A stretch of 64,000 nucleotides of DNA from a virus (lineage: Duplodnaviria; Heunggongvirae; Uroviricota; Caudoviricetes), in IMG/VR virus record IMGVR_UViG_3300012933_000323, positions 62,432 to 126,431 of that record; one strand, 5' to 3'. The first letter of the stretch is position 1; each line of letters begins with the position of its first letter. The notes under the pieces are model-generated. The model had not been told where the DNA came from, did no database searches, and saw only the letters and a program-made list of their open reading frames with translations. Positions 44,801-52,976 of this stretch are shown one piece after another. The position numbers and the translations under genes were made by a program.

Positions 44801-45707
44801 TTAATTGCGGTTCTTGTGGTTCATTTGATGTACTCATGATCATCTGCAGAGATGCAATTAATGCACCTTTTCTTTGTTCAGCTGTACTCTTATAAACGTT
44901 ATTGAAGTTATCAAGAGTTCCACCATTTACAAAATATGCAACAACTTGCATATTTCCTGGCCACTCTTGCTTTTCAATTTTTTCAGGCTTCTTTGGTTTC
45001 TCGACTTGCTTTGGTGTGGCAGGCACTTGTACTACAGGTTCCACGGTTGGTGCAATTGCTTTACTAATTCCAGCGATGTTTGCCAATCTATGGTCAATAG
45101 ATTTCTTAGACATCATATCAACGTCCCAAGCAGTTATCTTTGACTTCTCAACGTTCAACCCTCTAAATGCATCAAAGAAATCCTTAGATACATCCGTCTG
45201 AACACGTGCACGAACACGTAAGTTCATAAATGCTTTGTACTGATCTTTGTCAAGAATGAATTCTTCTTTAGTTACCTTTAGGTGTGATCCTAATTTTGAC
45301 CACCATGAATCTTTGATCCCGTTCATCCACTCGATAAGAATGGTTGGATCTACTTCATCAATACCACCTTGCTTTAATTTAACCAAGAATCTTGTGATTT
45401 GTGCAGATGTAGTTGAACTCTTAAAAGCACCCTTGTCATCTAGTAATTTAATGATCAATGACATGTTGTTATTTTCATCTGAAATGTTGTTCAGTTGAAG
45501 TTTTAAGTCATTTTTAAAATATGTATGAGCTCTTTGTTTATCTTTAATAATGTTGTAGCCGATTAGCATACCAACAAAATTAAACATAAAAGCAGACATC
45601 ATGGCCTTTTCATCGGTCACGAATGTCTGCTTTGAAGTTGCGTCTGTATAAAGTGTATTTTCGCGTAGAGCTTCTTGCTGTTTGCGATATTCATTAAAAG
45701 TCGTCAT
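41802..45707 (-). CDS. 1301-aa multidomain protein with a C-terminal PARP-like (H-Y-E) ADP-ribosyltransferase catalytic domain
   Basis: [20 protein letters not shown] aligns with PARP1 [41 protein letters not shown] aligns with [41 protein letters not shown] aligns with [20 protein letters not shown], which holds the catalytic Glu. The catalytic region maps to about nt 42130..42540. Confidence 0.6.
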   Translation of the reverse strand: [1301 protein letters not shown]

Positions 45708-45761
45708 TTTTAAATCCCTAGAAATTACATAGTATATGTTTATTTATAAGGATATCATATG

Positions 45762-46226
45762 TCAAGATTCTGATAGTTCCTGCTTGCGAATTGCTTCTTG
45801 ACGTTCTTTTTCATGTTTATCGCAAAGTGTTCTGACCCATCCACCCGTACGACGAGTGCCAATGTCACCACATGTTTCACATGTTCGACTAGCGATTGAT
45901 TCTGCCATACTGATCATACCTTGGACCTGGGCATCTCCACCTTGGCAGTAAAAGCGCAATCCACCAAATTTTTCTTTGACTTGTTGGACTTTAACTTGTT
46001 TAACATAATCTGGAATCACATTATCGTATTGGTTGTCTTTTAGCAATCGTTCACGGCTCTCATTTACCCAATTAATGTGACTTTGGATGTTAGCACATAA
46101 TGCTTCAATGATATGCCACCAACCTTCGCCAATACAGAACCCGCCGTATGGCTCAGAAAACATTTTAGGGTATGTCTCTTCCATACGTTTTACAAATGCA
46201 TCATATTTTGCCTCTTCAAGACTCAT
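45762..46226 (-). CDS. hypothetical Cys-containing protein (KFGGLRFYCQGG...CETCG)
   Basis: 154-aa ORF. Confidence 0.4.
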   Translation of the reverse strand: MSLEEAKYDAFVKRMEETYPKMFSEPYGGFCIGEGWWHIIEALCANIQSHINWVNESRERLLKDNQYDNVIPDYVKQVKVQQVKEKFGGLRFYCQGGDAQVQGMISMAESIASRTCETCGDIGTRRTGGWVRTLCDKHEKERQEAIRKQELSES

Positions 46227-46235
46227 AATAATCCT

Positions 46236-46412
46236 TTAAAATAAGAAGATGAAAACAGAAAGAATCACCATAGTAATGATAGAAATCAATGATGCGTAAG
46301 ACATAGTCTTGATAACTGACCACCGTTGTGCGCCGCTGAGCGACTGCCAAGCTACAATACTAAAATGTAGAAAGGCAGCGATGATAAAGAATGCTAAAAT
46401 GATTCTTATCAT
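46236..46412 (-). CDS. unlisted ~58-aa membrane protein (MIRIILAFFIIAAFLHFSIVAW...), ATGA-coupled to the upstream gene
   Basis: Found by manual translation; it has two hydrophobic helices. The track ORF 46360..46545 in this region is likely spurious. Confidence 0.3.
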   Translation of the reverse strand: MIRIILAFFIIAAFLHFSIVAWQSLSGAQRWSVIKTMSYASLISIITMVILSVFIFLF

Positions 46413-46783
46413 TTGATTGCTGCAATACGGTTAAGATGCAATGTAACGTGTACTGTGCGTGTTTTGTTTTCAATATGAAGTGTATCTTTAACTTCAGCCC
46501 ACGTACGACTGTCGTACTCCGTCTTCCAATCAAACTCACGACCATCTGGATGGCACCAATGTGAATATTTTTGTTCCATTGCTACTCGGGCACGAAAATT
46601 ACCAGTTGGCTTACTTACGATATAACCAATGTATGTACCCTTATCACAACCAACGTGGTTGCCATAACCAGAACGAACCATCATTACTTGTTCACCTGGT
46701 TGAATCGTAGTACCAATAGCACCAGTGATTGGTTTAACGTGAACCTCAACCGGTACATACTTTTTGTATTTCTTTTCAGTCAT
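46409..46783 (-). CDS. hypothetical protein
   Basis: 124-aa ORF. Confidence 0.4.
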   Translation of the reverse strand: MTEKKYKKYVPVEVHVKPITGAIGTTIQPGEQVMMVRSGYGNHVGCDKGTYIGYIVSKPTGNFRARVAMEQKYSHWCHPDGREFDWKTEYDSRTWAEVKDTLHIENKTRTVHVTLHLNRIAAIK

Positions 46784-47868
46784 TACTTCTCTCCTAGTAG
46801 ATATTTGTTAGAGATTGCCTTGAATGTAAATCCACCGTTGACTTCTTTGAACACTACGCCTTCACGTAGATGGCCAGTGAAACCAATTACAGATTTACCA
46901 TCAGCATAGTCTAACAGTTGCGGGATATCCGTGATATTCAATGAGCCGTGCAAAGTAGCAGATTCTTCAATCACTGGTGCATGCTTCAAACCCATACGAG
47001 CGATGAGGTCGCGGCGCGCCTGTGGCATTAGGTATTCACCGGTCTGAATATTGTAAACATCAAACACTCGGAACTCTGTTTCTGTTAGACCGTAAATGTT
47101 ATCCTGGATGCCTGGACCAACAAGCTCACCTTGAATTGCGAAATCCCAGAACTCATCAACTGCTTTCATCTTAGCTTCGATGTCATCCTTGCGAGCTCTA
47201 TCCCAGAATGAGTTACCTTCTGTTTCTTTTAGGTTCAAGTTACGTGAACATACGCCAAACTCCATTTCATCATCTACCTTCATTCGGTAAACGGTCATAG
47301 AAGAACCTTCGCACTTTTCAGTAATTTCAAATGCTGTATCTGCTTCGTTAGCTTGAGTGATTTCTTTCTTCAAGTTCTGGCATCGCTCTTGATCCGTCTT
47401 AGGAATCTTTGATGGGAAGTTACCTTTGCACGTACCTGCTAGTTGAGCAGGAATTGCCTTTTCCCATTTCTTGATACCAAGATATTCCGTTAGGTCTTCA
47501 CCTTCAGTGACACCAAACTCGTAGCCCATAGAACCTTTAGGGATTTGCGCCAATGGGATTAGCAAACCTTGGGAAATTTGACCACGAAGTTTGATAGTCT
47601 TTAGACGTTCACCTTCTACACCCTCAAATGATTTTGGGTAGTGCCCAGCTTTTGTCAAGAACGGCGCGATGGTGGATGGGATCCAAGAGTCGATTTCAAA
47701 ATATACTGCTAGATCACCAACATTATACAAGCCTTTTTGTGCAACAACTTTCCAACCACCTACTGTGGCAACCTCAATTTTGTCAGCACCTTCGATAGGA
47801 TCCAAAGAATCAATTGTTCGAATTGTAGCTAATTTTCTCATTTTCTTTCCTTCTTTATTCAATAACAC
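46783..47868 (-). CDS. ATP-dependent RNA ligase, DraRnl/TIGR02306-like (N-terminal OB-like domain + nucleotidyltransferase)
   Basis: The N terminus reads MRKLATIRTIDSLDPIEGADKIEVATVGGWKVVAQKG...GDLAVYFEIDSWIP, and motif I is ITEKCEGSS (KxEG). Confidence 0.5.
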   Translation of the reverse strand: MLLNKEGKKMRKLATIRTIDSLDPIEGADKIEVATVGGWKVVAQKGLYNVGDLAVYFEIDSWIPSTIAPFLTKAGHYPKSFEGVEGERLKTIKLRGQISQGLLIPLAQIPKGSMGYEFGVTEGEDLTEYLGIKKWEKAIPAQLAGTCKGNFPSKIPKTDQERCQNLKKEITQANEADTAFEITEKCEGSSMTVYRMKVDDEMEFGVCSRNLNLKETEGNSFWDRARKDDIEAKMKAVDEFWDFAIQGELVGPGIQDNIYGLTETEFRVFDVYNIQTGEYLMPQARRDLIARMGLKHAPVIEESATLHGSLNITDIPQLLDYADGKSVIGFTGHLREGVVFKEVNGGFTFKAISNKYLLGEK

Positions 47869-48133
47869 GAATGATTTTCAACCACATGTTGAATTCTTTT
47901 TGAGACCAAATTCCTTGGCGAATCCAATAGTGAATTTTTTCAATTGGCAAATCTGCAATCTCATCATCAGTCAAAAGACCTTTAATTTTAACGTCAGCGC
48001 CATAAATACCTTTACGCTTAATGCGCATACGCATTTGTTCAAATTGCGTCATGTGAACTTTCATTAAATAGATGTTGCGGCACTGAACCAAACAACTTAT
48101 ACAGAGTGGCACTTGACGTACTAGAGACAGCAA
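47855..48133 (-). CDS. hypothetical protein
   Basis: 92-aa ORF. Confidence 0.3.
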   Translation of the reverse strand: MLSLVRQVPLCISCLVQCRNIYLMKVHMTQFEQMRMRIKRKGIYGADVKIKGLLTDDEIADLPIEKIHYWIRQGIWSQKEFNMWLKIIRVIE

Positions 48134-48395
48134 GTTTCATATTTTTCTGAGCCGCCTGCAGTTTGTAATAATCACGAGCAATTTTATTTCTTCTATTACC
48201 ACGACTATTATTGCAATCAAAGCAAGCAGCAACCAAGTTTGATGATGACTCAATCTTTTTGTTCCGAGGACTTGCCCATTTATCACGTAGATGTTCAATT
48301 GTCGCATGTTGAATTGAGTTCTTAATGCTGTTCATTTCACAATTGCAGTAATAGCACTTGTTATTTTGTTTTGCAACTAAACTTAAAAGAGTCAT
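48039..48395 (-). CDS. HNH endonuclease
   Basis: CYYCNCEM...HATIEHL...NLVAACFDCNNSRGN. Confidence 0.6.
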   Translation of the reverse strand: MTLLSLVAKQNNKCYYCNCEMNSIKNSIQHATIEHLRDKWASPRNKKIESSSNLVAACFDCNNSRGNRRNKIARDYYKLQAAQKNMKLAVSSTSSATLYKLFGSVPQHLFNESSHDAI

Positions 48396-48425
48396 ACACT
48401 GATGTTGTTTGTTTTGATTGATTAA

Positions 48426-48617
48426 TTATAACACCAATTTGTTAAATTTCGCCATTTTGTACCGTTCATGTCCAATGTTTATACACAATTGTCTTAACTT
48501 ATAATTATGATCTTTGATTTCTTTAGAAGCATCTTTACCTTCAGGAATAAACTGTAACCGAATTGATTCAAGTTGCTTTGTGGTACTATCCCAATCTTGT
48601 GTTGTGTTTTTCGTCAT
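48426..48617 (-). CDS. small hypothetical protein
   Basis: 63-aa ORF. Confidence 0.3.
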   Translation of the reverse strand: MTKNTTQDWDSTTKQLESIRLQFIPEGKDASKEIKDHNYKLRQLCINIGHERYKMAKFNKLVL

Positions 48618-48795
48618 ATTCTTTTTGAATTTCTTGTTCAGCTTTGTATGAGATGTACGCCACTAAAAGTTCAGCGTTGGTTTCCTTATCAAAACACTCT
48701 TGTTTATAGTTGGAAATAGTACAACAACGGCAAGTAAGATGCATGTGTTTCTTACCTTTTAGTTTGAACTGGCCAGCATCCCATCTCGTTTTCAT
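48586..48795 (-). CDS. small Cys-containing hypothetical protein
   Basis: 69-aa ORF. Confidence 0.3.
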   Translation of the reverse strand: MKTRWDAGQFKLKGKKHMHLTCRCCTISNYKQECFDKETNAELLVAYISYKAEQEIQKEYDEKHNTRLG

Positions 48796-49205
48796 CGTGG
48801 TACCTCTACCAACATAAAAATTTTCCAGTCTTTATCTGGACTTTGTTCTTTAACGTACTTCAAGAAATTCTCTGCATCTTCCATTGTGCCGGAATGTGTT
48901 TCGGTGTGGTACGCATAACATCCTACGCTGTCTTTATCTTTATCCCAATAATGACCTACTGCGTATGTGAATTTTTTCTTAGGTGGATTCTTGTAATATT
49001 TCCGTACTTTCTTTTGAAGTTCTTTCCAAGCTATTTCTTTATTAGCATGGTCAGATCGTTCCATACCAGCACGAGCAAATACTCCACTAGGGGTATGCTC
49101 AATCTTCACAACACGTGAAGGCGAACCAAATCCACGAGGTACACTCTCAACGCTGATTACAATGTCTTTTGGATCAATTTTCATGTTTAGTCCTAAGCTT
49201 TTCAA
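48792..49205 (-). CDS. hypothetical protein
   Basis: 137-aa ORF. Confidence 0.4.
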   Translation of the reverse strand: MKSLGLNMKIDPKDIVISVESVPRGFGSPSRVVKIEHTPSGVFARAGMERSDHANKEIAWKELQKKVRKYYKNPPKKKFTYAVGHYWDKDKDSVGCYAYHTETHSGTMEDAENFLKYVKEQSPDKDWKIFMLVEVPR

Positions 49206-49407
49206 TTAACTGTTCTGCGGCGAAGTGGTCGTCTAATTCATCCATTAGAAATTTAGCGCATAGATCAATTGTAAGATTATAAAAATCTTCAATCCTGTCA
49301 TCCCAAAGTTCAACACTCTCACGGTATTGAACAGGATTGCTTGCTAAATTATGAGTTGAAATGTGGCCACGAGATTTACGGACCAATTCTTTGATTTTAG
49401 GATTCAT
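49174..49407 (-). CDS. hypothetical protein
   Basis: 77-aa ORF. Confidence 0.35.
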   Translation of the reverse strand: MNPKIKELVRKSRGHISTHNLASNPVQYRESVELWDDRIEDFYNLTIDLCAKFLMDELDDHFAAEQLIEKLRTKHEN

Positions 49408-49429
49408 TTTTTTAAACCTATGTTGATTC

Positions 49430-49795
49430 CTAATTAGTAATTAGTGCTACTAAACCAATGTATGTCAACGCATGTAAAAGTTGGTCAACACCAAGAAGCC
49501 ACCAGAACTCTTCATGAGTATCTGCTTTCCAACCACATTGTTTATTGATGTTCATCTTTGCCCAATCAATATGATAGTGCAAGAACGCATCCATAAATCC
49601 TAAATAGATACAGGCCATTGGCGCATACCACCACAAACATAACATAGTACCCAAGCCGTGTAGGGACGCATGAAGCAGACCACCAGGATGACCATAAGTT
49701 CCCTTGTTCATCCATTGATATGACTTCTGTAATGGGAAGTCAACAATGAAATGTTTCATAAATAGAAACGTGATCAAAAATAAAGTATCGTTCAT
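49430..49795 (-). CDS. membrane protein with His-rich motifs
   Basis: HPGGLLHASLHG and FLHYHIDW motifs. Confidence 0.4.
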   Translation of the reverse strand: MNDTLFLITFLFMKHFIVDFPLQKSYQWMNKGTYGHPGGLLHASLHGLGTMLCLWWYAPMACIYLGFMDAFLHYHIDWAKMNINKQCGWKADTHEEFWWLLGVDQLLHALTYIGLVALITN

Positions 49796-49824
49796 TTTCT
49801 AACTCCACATCAACAAGGTGTACA

Positions 49825-50052
49825 TTACAAATCCTTTAGACCTAATGCATTTAAGACTTCTTCGCGTTTAAAGTCTTTACCAGCATTATAAGCCAATTTC
49901 ATTAAACGTGTAACTTGGAATGCGTTGTACTTACCATCTTCTTGCGGTTGTTCCATAACCTGTGCCCTGCGTGCATCATCGTACCAGCACATGATAATTT
50001 GGCCGCTTGGTTGTTGCGAATAAAAAGAATGATCTTTCATTAAACACCCCAA
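49825..50052 (-). CDS. hypothetical protein
   Basis: 75-aa ORF. Confidence 0.3.
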   Translation of the reverse strand: MGCLMKDHSFYSQQPSGQIIMCWYDDARRAQVMEQPQEDGKYNAFQVTRLMKLAYNAGKDFKREEVLNALGLKDL

Positions 50053-50291
50053 ATAAATAGGAAGATACTTGCGATCAGATTTACAAAACCAACCATGACA
50101 GCCAAGCCACCAATGATTTTAACCCACAATAGAGGTGTACCCATTGGCTTAGTGGCATCTTCAATTACTACGCTCGCAATAAAAATTAACAAACATGTTA
50201 AGAATATTTTAAATGCAATGACTGCCATATTAAGCCTTTGAAGTTTTTGTAGGTGGGGTTGATGGGGTTGATGGGGTTGTGATACGTTCAA
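50040..50291 (-). CDS. small membrane protein
   Basis: 83-aa ORF with two TM segments; its upstream part overlaps the 3' end of the HD-hydrolase gene, so its real start is uncertain. Confidence 0.3.
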   Translation of the reverse strand: MNVSQPHQPHQPHLQKLQRLNMAVIAFKIFLTCLLIFIASVVIEDATKPMGTPLLWVKIIGGLAVMVGFVNLIASIFLFIWGV

Positions 50292-50796
50292 ATGCTTCTA
50301 CGCGACCTTTGATTTCTGTGTAGAACATTTGGTACTTTGCAATGCGAGCGATGTCTTTTTCAGTCACGCCCTTTAGTCGACGAATGTCTGTATTATGGCG
50401 CAAGTCGGCCATCTTTACACGCATAGCATCAATATTACTAAAGACTGCAGTTTTATATTCGTCGTATGTTTGGCCACGCTGTTTAGTCAAGCACTGCAAA
50501 CCTTTAATGACACGTTCAGAAATACCCATTTCACGAAGATCTTGGTACGTAGTGTTTGTATCTTCAATCACGTCGTGACCAAGTGCCATGCACATGAGTT
50601 CTTCATCATCTGACTTTAGATAATGCATAACTTTTAATGGATGCAAGATGTACGGATTTCCGCCTTTATCAAATTGACCGTGATGCGCATTAACAGCAAT
50701 GTTAAGCATCTTATCTAGCATTTCGCCTTTTTTCATTTTATGTTCCAAAGTTATAATCAACGTCATGTCCAGTAGCGACAATATCATAACTGTCAT
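50230..50796 (-). CDS. small alarmone hydrolase, RelA/SpoT-type HD domain (Mesh1-like)
   Basis: AVNAHHGQFDKGGNPYILHPLKV...ALGHDVIEDT matches the (p)ppGpp hydrolase HD_4 signature. Confidence 0.6.
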   Translation of the reverse strand: MTVMILSLLDMTLIITLEHKMKKGEMLDKMLNIAVNAHHGQFDKGGNPYILHPLKVMHYLKSDDEELMCMALGHDVIEDTNTTYQDLREMGISERVIKGLQCLTKQRGQTYDEYKTAVFSNIDAMRVKMADLRHNTDIRRLKGVTEKDIARIAKYQMFYTEIKGRVEAFERITTPSTPSTPPTKTSKA

Positions 50797-51019
50797 TCTT
50801 TACTGAACTGCCGTCTAAATTCCAACAACTTAACCAATCTTCTGTGTGGAATACCGCTGTTTCAGAAGTTGCTTCATTTTCTGGCCTGAACAGTACGCGC
50901 ACAACCATGTCATTGCGAAGACGAACGCGCTGTGGGCCACAAACCTCACACATACGCTTTAAACTAAACGTAAAGTCATTGAAACTATTACGATCAGCAA
51001 ACATTGCATGGTTAATCAT
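50738..51019 (-). CDS. hypothetical protein
   Basis: 93-aa ORF. Confidence 0.35.
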   Translation of the reverse strand: MINHAMFADRNSFNDFTFSLKRMCEVCGPQRVRLRNDMVVRVLFRPENEATSETAVFHTEDWLSCWNLDGSSVKNDSYDIVATGHDVDYNFGT

Positions 51020-51193
51020 TTTAACTCCTAAATCCTTAACAATTTACTTGCAAAATTACAATTTCGCCGTCAATCTCATCATTGAAATAATCGACTTGAT
51101 CAAGATTATGAATCTCTCCACTTCGATTATCGTTTACCTCAACACGTACATGCTGTGGTAACATTTGCAATTCTTTGATAAGTTCTTCTACGG

Positions 51194-51598
51194 TCATTTT
51201 GTATCGAGTGCTTCAAAAAGCAACTTCCATTTTTCAGATGGCGTGATAGTACCTTCAGCCATTTCTTTCAGGACTTCTTCATATCCAGGAGGATACCTGA
51301 AAAAGATGTCTGCATACGTGTTATCAAAATCACCATCAACATCATGTGAGTACAGCGGATGATCTTCTACCCATTCTGGGAAATAATCTTCACGATTACC
51401 GCCACCACAACGAGTGTGTACGACAATGTATCCGTCAGTCACGTATGTAGCACGGAATCGACCAAAGTCACCACGCTCGGCATCAAGCAACTTCAATAGA
51501 AAATCGGTGCAGTCGCCTTCGCCAAATAACATATTATACGAACTCATTTTCCACTCCACATATAGATTGAAACACCAACAATTACCAACAAGAGCCAT
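51194..51598 (-). CDS. hypothetical protein
   Basis: 134-aa ORF. Confidence 0.4.
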   Translation of the reverse strand: MALVGNCWCFNLYVEWKMSSYNMLFGEGDCTDFLLKLLDAERGDFGRFRATYVTDGYIVVHTRCGGGNREDYFPEWVEDHPLYSHDVDGDFDNTYADIFFRYPPGYEEVLKEMAEGTITPSEKWKLLFEALDTK

Positions 51599-51742
51599 GC
51601 ACTAACAACAATTGCTGCAAACTTCAATCCTGATAATAGGAATGTAGGTATTGCGAAAGTAAAAGTTGTAGTTTCAATGAACATCTTGTTTCCTTTGAAG
51701 TATTATAACACCAAAATTGGATAAATTCTTATTGAAAGAAAT

Positions 51743-52300
51743 TTATTCACCCTTTTGGTGATGTTGTCTGATTGTACCAGTTAAAGCTTTTTCTAAGATA
51801 TCATCTAACAAAACGGCTACTTTGCCAGTTGCATCCATGCCGACATCTAATGCGCGTGAACCCTCGAGTCCTGTTTTACCACCATGAACATGGCCATGGA
51901 AGTGTACAGATCCTCGATGCATTTGGTCCCACTCAGCAATAGGATAGTGAAACATAACGATTCGTGTTCCATTATGAGTGATGTGTTTGTAGTGACAAAT
52001 TTCAATGAAACAATCGGCGAACTCTGGACTTTTGATTAACTTTGTATCATGGTTGCCAATGATCAAAGTCTTAGCACCGTTACAACTATTTAGTAATCGC
52101 GCCGCGGTCAAATGACTGCAGAACGCAACATCGCCTAAGATGTACGTATGATCTTCAGGTTGAACGATTTCATTCCATTCAAGAACGATCTTATTGTTCA
52201 TGTATTCAACATCATGGTTGAAACGCGCCCGTGTCTCTGGGCAAAAGTTCATAATGTTCTTATGACCAAAATGGATGTCACTTGTAATAAAGTGTCTCAT
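51743..52300 (-). CDS. calcineurin-like metallophosphoesterase
   Basis: SDIHFGH, GDVAF, GNHD and GHVHG motifs. Confidence 0.6.
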   Translation of the reverse strand: MRHFITSDIHFGHKNIMNFCPETRARFNHDVEYMNNKIVLEWNEIVQPEDHTYILGDVAFCSHLTAARLLNSCNGAKTLIIGNHDTKLIKSPEFADCFIEICHYKHITHNGTRIVMFHYPIAEWDQMHRGSVHFHGHVHGGKTGLEGSRALDVGMDATGKVAVLLDDILEKALTGTIRQHHQKGE

Positions 52301-52485
52301 GGATTTTCCTTATATTCTTTAATTTGTTCTGGTGTCAGTGCCAGAACTTTTGTGATTAGATCTACGTCTGCTTCTTTGGCACCGTCAAAAGTGATTAACC
52401 GATTGGTGCCTTCATATAGAGAAGCACTATCACCCTGAATTACTACAAGGCGGGTGGTGGTTTGTTCGTTTTGTTCTTTTTTCAT
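52297..52485 (-). CDS. small hypothetical protein
   Basis: 62-aa ORF. Confidence 0.3.
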   Translation of the reverse strand: MKKEQNEQTTTRLVVIQGDSASLYEGTNRLITFDGAKEADVDLITKVLALTPEQIKEYKENP

Positions 52486-52497
52486 ATTTGTATTATA

Positions 52498-52719
52498 TCA
52501 CAATTCTAGTCTTGCTTGCACTAATTTTGCAATTATTTGTTGAAGATTCACAATTTCATCTGCGGCTTCATCTAGCAAGTTAGCAATCTTGTCGGGCTTG
52601 CCTTCAACTACTGCTAACCTACCAGGAATCTGTCTACGAATTTCTGCGCGTTTTCTCAAACGAAAGATTAGACTTTGTTCAGAAACAGGTAGGTGGCTTT
52701 CGTCAATCATTTGAGTCAT
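52498..52719 (-). CDS. small hypothetical protein
   Basis: 73-aa ORF. Confidence 0.3.
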   Translation of the reverse strand: MTQMIDESHLPVSEQSLIFRLRKRAEIRRQIPGRLAVVEGKPDKIANLLDEAADEIVNLQQIIAKLVQARLEL

Positions 52720-52976
52720 TTCATTTCCTCTGACTGATAGGTGTACATTTTGAATGCAATTAATTTCATGAAGATGATACCCTTGCAGGTATGGCCATCA
52801 TAGTAAGTATCTTCAATACCAAACCACTTATCAGCAATGCCAAAACCAACAGACCACTCTTCCCAAATGTGCCAAGGTTTATTTTCACAGTGTTTATTCA
52901 ACCAAATGTCGTACTGCATCTTGTATACGAAATACAATTTATTGCAGTACACATAGAATCGTTTAGGCTTTTCCAT
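52716..52976 (-). CDS. small hypothetical protein
   Basis: 86-aa ORF. Confidence 0.3.
   Translation of the reverse strand: MEKPKRFYVYCNKLYFVYKMQYDIWLNKHCENKPWHIWEEWSVGFGIADKWFGIEDTYYDGHTCKGIIFMKLIAFKMYTYQSEEMK

Noticed and set aside
46360-46545. Track ORF 46360..46545 (61 aa)
   Set aside because: It is out of frame with, and overlapped by, a better candidate: a 58-aa membrane ORF (46236..46412) that is ATGA-coupled to the upstream gene. The track ORF is probably spurious.
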